From assembly GCA_963715195.1 (NCBI GenBank), contig CAVQRT010000032.1:1-12981 (forward strand): 12,981 bases of DNA, in the 5' to 3' direction. The stretch comes from Thermodesulfovibrionales bacterium. Its GTDB lineage: Bacteria > Nitrospirota > Thermodesulfovibrionia > Thermodesulfovibrionales > SM23-35. Shown here piece by piece: positions 7,170-12,981 of the stretch; position 1 is the stretch's first letter, and every line of letters starts with the position of its first letter. The notes under the pieces were generated by a model that searched no databases, was not told where the DNA came from, and saw nothing but the letters and a program-made list of their open reading frames with translations. The translations under genes were made by a program, and so were the position numbers.

Positions 7170-7904
7170 TTATTTCTTCTCAGGTTTTGGAGCATATTTC
7201 ATTAATGTATCATGAAGCACTTTGACACTGTCAGGCACTGTTTCTACAGCAAACAATATCTTCCGCGCATCAACATCTTTGCCATATATTTTGGTATTCG
7301 CCGTACTGTTATAGGTGATGGTTGAGCCTTCAAGGTTTAAACCGGCAAAGACCCCTTTGCTTCGGGCATAGCTGATTATCGAAGATTTCAGGAGGACATC
7401 GGTTCCAACAGCTGCATCACGACCCACTGGGCCAGCTGTAACACCGATATCTCCACCTAATGTAACTTTTGACTTGAGTATTCCATCAATTCCTTTTTGA
7501 TTCATGACAAGTAAAATGACATCAGCTGACTTAGCACCGATTTGTAATCCCCAGCTTACTCCGGTAATTTTGAAGAATGCGGGTGCACCCCACTCGCCGG
7601 TTTCCTTATCACGGCAGCTTACCAGCCCATCGCCACGCTTTGCCCCAACAATAAATCCCGCTTTGAGGACTGACGGGAACACAGCAACACATTGTGATTT
7701 CTGCAATAGATTGTTCGGAATTCGTTTGTCGAAATCCTGAGTCATTTGGGTCTCCAGCACCTTCGCTGCTTTTGCAGCCCACTCGGCTTCTCCTATTGTT
7801 TCTGTTGCCGGTTTTTCATCTGTCGCTATTGCTGTACCGGTGTAACCAGTAGTGAGAATAAAGAGAAAGCAGAACAAAATTACGAACGTTTTTTTAGAGA
7901 TCAT
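7170..7904 (-). CDS. Exported lipid-binding SYLF (Ysc84-like, DUF500) domain protein
   Basis: IP..LL....CVAVFPSVLKAGFIVGAKRGDG, W.APAF....VSWGLQIGA, LGGD..V.AGPVGR and SYARSKGVFAGLNLEG motifs; N-terminal signal peptide; SD AAGGAGG. Confidence 0.92.
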   Translation of the reverse strand: MISKKTFVILFCFLFILTTGYTGTAIATDEKPATETIGEAEWAAKAAKVLETQMTQDFDKRIPNNLLQKSQCVAVFPSVLKAGFIVGAKRGDGLVSCRDKETGEWGAPAFFKITGVSWGLQIGAKSADVILLVMNQKGIDGILKSKVTLGGDIGVTAGPVGRDAAVGTDVLLKSSIISYARSKGVFAGLNLEGSTITYNSTANTKIYGKDVDARKILFAVETVPDSVKVLHDTLMKYAPKPEKK

Positions 7905-8190
7905 ACCTTGCCTCCTTTTTTGATTGGTTTCGGGATCCCCTCATTTCGAGGTTATCACACATTTTTTTGGATTGCAAATTTGAAAGAAATACAGCATGTT
8001 TTCAAGGAAATCTTTCTTCCATAAGCAAGCTATCCAAGATCAAGTTTCGAAAACAAGAAAAAGCAGCATAGTACTAAATCATTTATCCCCCCTTTCCTTC
8101 GATTTGGTATTTAATGAATACCTGCGTAGCAAGTATTCGTAAATAAAGGAAAATAAAGCTTTTAAATAGATATTTCCGAGCTTACTATTA

Positions 8191-8221
8191 TTTAGACAAC
8201 CGAGGATATATTTCCGTCACA
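8191..8221 (-). promoter_or_regulatory. Putative ECF-sigma promoter for the SYLF-to-OmpA gene run: -35 TGTGAC (8221-8216), -10 GTCTAA (8197-8192)
   Basis: Matches 11616-11646 at 23 of 31 positions, with identical end boxes and the same 18-nt spacing between the hexamers; points toward the downstream minus-strand genes. Confidence 0.75.
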
Positions 8222-8371
8222 TTAATTTTTGAATTCATTCAAATAAATAAGTTGGCAGGCAAACCTATAAATCAATGAGGGGGAAAAGAGGTCTTATATA
8301 TGAAGTCGAGAGAAATTATAAATATGAAATCCTTTGATCAAATCTAATGATAGGTTTTCGGGACAAGGAAT

Positions 8372-9226
8372 CTAACCTTCTTTAGATTTTGCTGCCATTG
8401 AGCCTTCCTTAATGATCGTTTCATTCGGGATATATACTTCCTCTCCTTGATCTGTTTTGAGTACGACAGAAATAGGGGTTATTTTCGTAATCTTCCCCTT
8501 TTTCCCAGCAAGTGTTACCTCATCTCCTACGCTGAAAAGTTGATTGATATAGTATCTCGCAAGGATGTTTGACACAATAGACCTGCTACCAAGGCCAATC
8601 GAAAGAACAACTACCAATACAACTCCAGCAATAATTATTGTTATATTGGTCATAAAAATAGTCATTTCTAATCCAAGCTCATTGAGGGCTATCAATACTC
8701 CAAAAGCTACTATAATAATTTCCAGAGAGGAGCTTACGAGCCATGCATATCCTATGTTAAGATTGGATAAAGCTGATGCAGAGATATCCTTAATATATTT
8801 TGCAACAACAAGCGTGATAACCAGTACGATAAAAGCTCCAAGTACATGGGGCAGATAGAGAATAAATTTGTTGAGTGTCTCCAAAACCACTCTAATTCCT
8901 AGTATTTCAGCCGCAGACACTATAAAGACCATTAAAACGATGTAATACACGAGAGCAGCCATAATGTCATCAAGCCCCTTTTCAATCCCAACCTTTTTCA
9001 TGATTTCATTAAACTTAACCTTTTCACCTAAAGCAGCAAGTCCGAATATTTTTAACACTTTTTTCCCGAGCTCTCTGAAAATCGTTGCCACAATTAATCC
9101 AATGAGCATAACGAGTATTGCACCAAAAATATTTGGCACATACTCGCCAAGTTTTCTAAATAGGCTTTCAAAAAAAGTTAATACAACCTCACTCCATTCC
9201 TTGAAATAATTCTGAAGCCAGTCCAT
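8372..9226 (-). CDS. MscS-family / CmpX-like mechanosensitive ion channel protein
   Basis: Two TM-helix repeats (YVPNIFGA, YLPHVLGA); pore-helix-like LSIGLGSRSIVSNILA; MscS beta-domain VGDEV...GKITKI......LKT..GEEVYIPN; SD AAGGAGG. Confidence 0.88.
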   Translation of the reverse strand: MDWLQNYFKEWSEVVLTFFESLFRKLGEYVPNIFGAILVMLIGLIVATIFRELGKKVLKIFGLAALGEKVKFNEIMKKVGIEKGLDDIMAALVYYIVLMVFIVSAAEILGIRVVLETLNKFILYLPHVLGAFIVLVITLVVAKYIKDISASALSNLNIGYAWLVSSSLEIIIVAFGVLIALNELGLEMTIFMTNITIIIAGVVLVVVLSIGLGSRSIVSNILARYYINQLFSVGDEVTLAGKKGKITKITPISVVLKTDQGEEVYIPNETIIKEGSMAAKSKEG

Positions 9227-9237
9227 ATTAGACCTCC

Positions 9238-9420
9238 TTAATCAATTTTATTGTCATCCATTAAAATGCAAGGTATTGATAGGCTGAAAACTGCAAGCTC
9301 CTTTACGATCATCAGAAAATAGACCATCTGCATTAGTTTTTGTTTTGCTGTAATATCCGGCTCGGGAATTTTAATCATATCCAATACCTTCTGAAATATT
9401 ATTTTCTCTTCATCGTTCAT
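9238..9420 (-). CDS. 60-aa protein coupled to the ECF sigma gene (candidate anti-sigma or accessory factor)
   Basis: ATGA overlap with the sigma stop (9417-9420); its own SD GAGGGG; its stop TAA is fused to the SD of the channel gene; hydrophobic C-terminal half. Confidence 0.7.
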   Translation of the reverse strand: MNDEEKIIFQKVLDMIKIPEPDITAKQKLMQMVYFLMIVKELAVFSLSIPCILMDDNKID

Positions 9421-9935
9421 AGATTAAACCCCTCTCTAAGGTTTTTCATTAGTCTTGAAAGTCTCATTTTAACAGCACTAATGCCGATATCTAGTCTTTC
9501 TGCAATCTCTTGATAAGTGAATTCGTCCATATATTTCATCATCAAAAGAGTTCTGTCTTCAATTGATAATCTTGAGAGTATTTTTTTTAGTTCTGTAGAG
9601 GTTTCTTTTCCATTGTGATTAGGAATGTCCCTTTCCGTATTATTAATAGACAGTTCCGTTTTTTTCTTTACTTGATTGAGACAGTGATTTGTTGTGATTC
9701 TATAGAGCCATGTGGGGAAGGAAGATTTTTTTTGAAAGTTATTAATACTGAAAAAGACTTTTACCCATACATCATGCATTAAGTCCTTTGCTTCTTCAAC
9801 ATTAAGACAAAAAAAATAGCATTGTCTTAATACTTTTGAGGAATATCTATCATATAAACTCTCAAAAGCATCTGTATCTCCTTGGTTAATTAATTCAATT
9901 AGAGCGCTATCATCATATTGAGAGTATTTATTCAT
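9417..9935 (-). CDS. ECF-family (sigma-70 group 4) RNA polymerase sigma factor
   Basis: Region 2: GDTDAFESLYDRY...EEAKDLMHDVWVKV...SSFPTWLYRITTNHCLN. Region 4: LSIEDRTLLMMKY....TYQEIAERLDIGISAVKMRLSR. Start placed at ATG 9935 (172 aa), because the longer ORF overlaps the upstream gene; no SD visible at 9935. Confidence 0.93.
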   Translation of the reverse strand: MNKYSQYDDSALIELINQGDTDAFESLYDRYSSKVLRQCYFFCLNVEEAKDLMHDVWVKVFFSINNFQKKSSFPTWLYRITTNHCLNQVKKKTELSINNTERDIPNHNGKETSTELKKILSRLSIEDRTLLMMKYMDEFTYQEIAERLDIGISAVKMRLSRLMKNLREGFNL

Positions 9936-9963
9936 GTATAATTGCGACAATAGAGTATATTTA

Positions 9964-10494
9964 TTATTGAGTCGCCTCAATAGTAATCTTTTCAGGTTCA
10001 TAAACCATGAACAACATACCAAGCTTTTTGTTTAATCCCATTATGGGAGAGAGAATTAAAATATTGCCATTCTGATCATCCATAATTTCGATTTCGTCTT
10101 TCTCAAGCAGCTCAACTGGATACAGAGACGAAAAAGCAACTCCCTCAAGCTTCTTATCCGTCGCTACAGCTACCGTCCCATCAGATTTGACAACAAGAAT
10201 CTGTTTTATTTGGGGTTCTTTTACGAATTGGTTGAGATACTCATTGATCTGTTCGTAATTTTCCCTAAGCATCTCTTTCCTAATAGCCCAGACAAATGTA
10301 GTCGTGGTAAGACGGAGAAAGTAACGCGTCTTTTCTGTCATAACTTGTTGAGATTTCTCAATTATCTGTATCTGCTTTGCTTCCATTCGTTCCTGAACAT
10401 TCTTAACAGCATTAATCTTCCAGATATACATAATAAAAACTAAGACTACCAATATACCGATAACATATACATTTTTCTTTCCGCTTTGCTTCAT
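9964..10494 (-). CDS. Hypothetical single-pass membrane protein with an extracytoplasmic, possibly Cache/PDC-like domain
   Basis: Basic N-terminus, then the TM segment VYVIGILVVLVFIMYIW; long helix followed by QILVVKSDGTVAVATD and a terminal beta-hairpin ILILSPIMGLNKKLGMLFMVY. ATG 10494 chosen because SD AGGAGG lies 6 nt upstream. Confidence 0.7.
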   Translation of the reverse strand: MKQSGKKNVYVIGILVVLVFIMYIWKINAVKNVQERMEAKQIQIIEKSQQVMTEKTRYFLRLTTTTFVWAIRKEMLRENYEQINEYLNQFVKEPQIKQILVVKSDGTVAVATDKKLEGVAFSSLYPVELLEKDEIEIMDDQNGNILILSPIMGLNKKLGMLFMVYEPEKITIEATQ

Positions 10495-10507
10495 AATCAT
10501 CCTCCTG

Positions 10508-11437
10508 CTACTTACCCATGGTAGCATTAATTATTTCTTGCAGCCTTTCGGGAGATAGTCTACTACCTGTGCCCCGTGGAGATCCTCCGATTGTGTCACT
10601 ACCATCCCACCTATTACTATCAGTAATGACATCAGATTCCTCTTCATTGAGTCTCTCGTATAGCTTTTGAAGACTAAATGGTGTCCATACAGACCTTCGC
10701 CCTAAAGTGTAAACAAATGATCCATCTGCATTTTCTGCCACTAACGTAGCGAAGGCAGTGATTCCATCATTATACATAGCCATTCTTGAAGCGGGTCCCG
10801 TCTCCTTAGTAAAAGTCCAGTCAACTCCTCCCCCAATTATCTCATAATTTTCCTTAAGAGAAATCTCACCGCTTTCATCAAGAAAATACCGGTCAATTCT
10901 CTCTTCGACAGATTTAATAATCGCTCTCATTTCTGTTTCTTCCATCTGCGCTACTTTACCATCAAAACGTGCCTTATAATAAGGCTGAAAAATCCAAGCC
11001 ATTTTTTTTCGCATTGAAATATCGCCAAAAGGATACGCCCCGGCTGTACTATCCAGTCTGTCTTCGCAATATACGAGCCGAATGATCCGCGCGTCTGAAT
11101 ATTTTCTTACGCGGTCATTATTCTTCAGTAACCACCATGCGAGACACGTATCCTCATCCGGGTCGTTCACATAAATATGTGCTTCTGAAACCCCATTTTT
11201 TCTGAAGGTATCAAATAATCCCAGCTTGATTTCTATGTGAACTTGTTCAGAAGTAGAACGTGTTGCTAATCTATCAGTCCTGGAATGATGATCAAAATTA
11301 GCATAGGGACCTTTGGGATCTCTCTTTGTGGTTGCATTAACAAATCCGTCCAATGCAATAGAATATGCCGGTTTCTTTTTCTTAAAATCAGACCAACTGT
11401 AGACTTTTCGGGGTTCTATATGTAAATCAATTGACAT
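10508..11437 (-). CDS. Hypothetical protein, possible DHH/MYG1-like metal-dependent phosphoesterase
   Basis: 309-aa ORF with IALDG, NFDHH, VNDPDED, DRLD and C-terminal W.GS..IGGSPR motifs. The ORF is convincing; the function is inferred. Confidence 0.6.
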   Translation of the reverse strand: MSIDLHIEPRKVYSWSDFKKKKPAYSIALDGFVNATTKRDPKGPYANFDHHSRTDRLATRSTSEQVHIEIKLGLFDTFRKNGVSEAHIYVNDPDEDTCLAWWLLKNNDRVRKYSDARIIRLVYCEDRLDSTAGAYPFGDISMRKKMAWIFQPYYKARFDGKVAQMEETEMRAIIKSVEERIDRYFLDESGEISLKENYEIIGGGVDWTFTKETGPASRMAMYNDGITAFATLVAENADGSFVYTLGRRSVWTPFSLQKLYERLNEEESDVITDSNRWDGSDTIGGSPRGTGSRLSPERLQEIINATMGK

Positions 11438-11615
11438 GAGAAATAATCATCTTCAACATATTAATTCCGTTCTTCTTCGAGAACTTGACGAGCATGTTTA
11501 AGCTTCTAGAGCATTCGTCACCGAAATGCTAATGAAGAATTACCCTTTCACAGTTTGTACGGCCTGATTGTTTAAGCATTTCCAAGGACAAAAGAGATTT
11601 ACACGATAATACTCT

Positions 11616-11646
11616 TTTAGACAAATAGAAATATGTTTTCGTCACA
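11616..11646 (-). promoter_or_regulatory. Putative autoregulatory ECF-sigma promoter of the sigma operon: -35 TGTGAC (11646-11641), -10 GTCTAA (11622-11617)
   Basis: Second copy of the bipartite motif, about 180 nt upstream of the first gene of the operon that contains the ECF sigma. Confidence 0.75.
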
Positions 11647-11751
11647 CATTAACTAATGCATTCGCATGAACGTTTATATTTATCGGGGCTCCAAGATATG
11701 TGACATTCATGAAGAAAGCGAAACTCGATCAGAAAAAGCTCAGAGCACAAG

Positions 11752-11780
11752 TTTATATTTCGTATGCTCTATGATAGAAT
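11752..11780 (+). promoter_or_regulatory. Possible sigma-70 promoter for the DUF481 gene (TTTATA-N17-TAGAAT with extended TG)
   Basis: TG-A-TAGAAT at 11772-11780; -35-like TTTATA (4/6 match) at 11752-11757 with a 17-nt spacer; about 70 nt before ATG 11852. Confidence 0.4.
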
Positions 11781-11851
11781 TTTGACAGAGAATTTCTTTT
11801 CCTGCACGTTATTCCACAGCATAAGGTCAAAGAAGATGAAAGGAGAATATT

Positions 11852-12868
11852 ATGCTTAATAGGTTTCAGAATGGCTTGATGTTTGGGTTTATGTTCTTAT
11901 TTTCTTTCGTTTTGGTTCGAGAGTCTCTGGCTGATCAGGTCATTCTTTTCAACGGGGATTCTCTTAGCGGAACGGTCGAAAAAGTCGCAGATGGTAAACT
12001 GACCCTGAAGACTGATTATTCAGGGCCGATCGACATTGATATAACAAAAATAAAGAAAATCTCCACAGTCGCTCCTGTGGAAGTTCATTTGCACAGCGGC
12101 GAGGTACTGAAAGGGCAACTCAGGTCAATTGAGGACGGTCAGGTCGTCATTGAGAGGAGTGGCGAGCGAGAAGCAACCTCTATTGACTGGGAAAAGGTCG
12201 CATCTATCAATCCTCCACCCACCAAGTGGACAGGAAGCATCACAGTCGGAGGAAATACCCAGACAGGAAATACCCACAGGAACGGTGCTTCTTTTATCTT
12301 TGATGCTTCAAGAAAAACAGAGACAGACAGATTTAGCCTAGGATATCAGTTCAACTATGTTCATGAGGACACTGAGGTCACAGCGAGGAATCACTATGGT
12401 TATCTAAAATACGATTATTTTTTCACAAAGCAATTATATGGGTATCTCGGCATGGAATTACTGAGCGACACTTTCCGAGATGTTAGACTGAGGATTGCCG
12501 TTGGCCCTGGTGTCGGGTATCAAGTTTGGGATGACGCAATCAAATTCCTCTCTGTCGAAACTGGATTATCCTATGTGAATGAAACCCATAAGGTAGGAGC
12601 GGATGTTGATTTTCTGACTGCTCGACTTGGTGCGGATTTCAGATACAAAATCACCAAGCTCATCAGTTTTACTAACAAGGTTGTTCTTTATCCGCGCCTT
12701 GATCATATCGGTCGGTACCTTCTCCGTAATGAAGCTGCTCTGGTCGCTCCTGTCGGCTCAGGTTGGGCTATGAGGCTTGCTAATATTCTTGAGCGCGATA
12801 GTAATCCATCGGCCGGAATAAAAAAGAATGATTTGCAATGGATCTTGGGCTTACAGTATTCCTTTTAA
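11852..12868 (+). CDS. DUF481 (YdiY-like, 'salt-induced') outer-membrane beta-barrel protein with an N-terminal extension
   Basis: Signal peptide ending SLA-D; W.GSITVGGNTQTGNT, KYDYFF...LYGY, D.FRDV.LR...GPGVGYQ, LSVETGLSYVNE motifs; C-terminal LGLQYSF; SD AAGGAG. Confidence 0.88.
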   Translation: MLNRFQNGLMFGFMFLFSFVLVRESLADQVILFNGDSLSGTVEKVADGKLTLKTDYSGPIDIDITKIKKISTVAPVEVHLHSGEVLKGQLRSIEDGQVVIERSGEREATSIDWEKVASINPPPTKWTGSITVGGNTQTGNTHRNGASFIFDASRKTETDRFSLGYQFNYVHEDTEVTARNHYGYLKYDYFFTKQLYGYLGMELLSDTFRDVRLRIAVGPGVGYQVWDDAIKFLSVETGLSYVNETHKVGADVDFLTARLGADFRYKITKLISFTNKVVLYPRLDHIGRYLLRNEAALVAPVGSGWAMRLANILERDSNPSAGIKKNDLQWILGLQYSF

Positions 12869-12981
12869 TTAACCGTTCGGTCGAGATATATGGATGAAAA
12901 CTTAACATCGAAATAGGTCATGCATGTTTGTACGGGAAATAGATGATATAAAAAAGTTGATGAAGTGTCTATTCCTATGTG

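Noticed and set aside
9228..9258. GATGAC-N19-GTCTAA (minus strand) just before the channel gene
   Set aside because: Poor -35, wrong spacing, and the -10 lies between the SD and the start codon.
9936..10022. N-terminal extension of the sigma ORF given in the ORF track
   Set aside because: Overlaps the upstream gene by 59 nt and does not look like sigma sequence; ATG 9935 gives a normal ECF length.
11699..11730. TGTGAC on the + strand as a third ECF promoter for the DUF481 gene
   Set aside because: The hexamer 18 nt downstream is ACTCGA, not GTCTAA; only a half-site is present.
11782..11810. Perfect TTGACA -35 box
   Set aside because: No acceptable -10 hexamer at 16-18 nt spacing.
1..12981. 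CRISPR array, tRNA/rRNA, transposase, integrase or defence system
   Set aside because: No repeat-spacer array, structural RNA signature or recombinase motif seen; the repeats present are coding repeats or isolated hairpins.

Overview
A roughly 40% GC window from a diderm (Gram-negative) bacterium; I cannot assign the taxon from the sequence. Almost all genes are on the minus strand and concern the cell envelope. From right to left: (1) a divergent DUF481/YdiY-type outer-membrane barrel gene on the + strand; (2) a five-gene operon encoding a DHH/MYG1-like hypothetical protein, a single-TM protein with a sensor-like domain, an ECF sigma factor, a coupled 60-aa protein and a CmpX/MscS-like channel; (3) an eight-gene run encoding a SYLF lipid-binding protein, a small beta-barrel, a protein made of 8 x 22-aa repeats, a galactose-binding-like protein, a 5-repeat CmpX-like membrane protein, DUF2914, a DUF4398 lipoprotein and a DUF4398/coiled-coil/OmpA lipoprotein, ending at an intrinsic terminator; (4) L-lactate dehydrogenase. 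The key observation is a bipartite motif, TGTGACG-N16-TGTCTAA(A) on the minus strand, present with identical spacing upstream of both minus-strand clusters (8191-8221 and 11616-11646). This suggests an autoregulated ECF sigma factor that also drives the adjacent envelope/osmotic-stress genes. Family assignments come from recognising motifs by eye, not from database searches. No rRNA, tRNA, CRISPR array or mobile element was seen.
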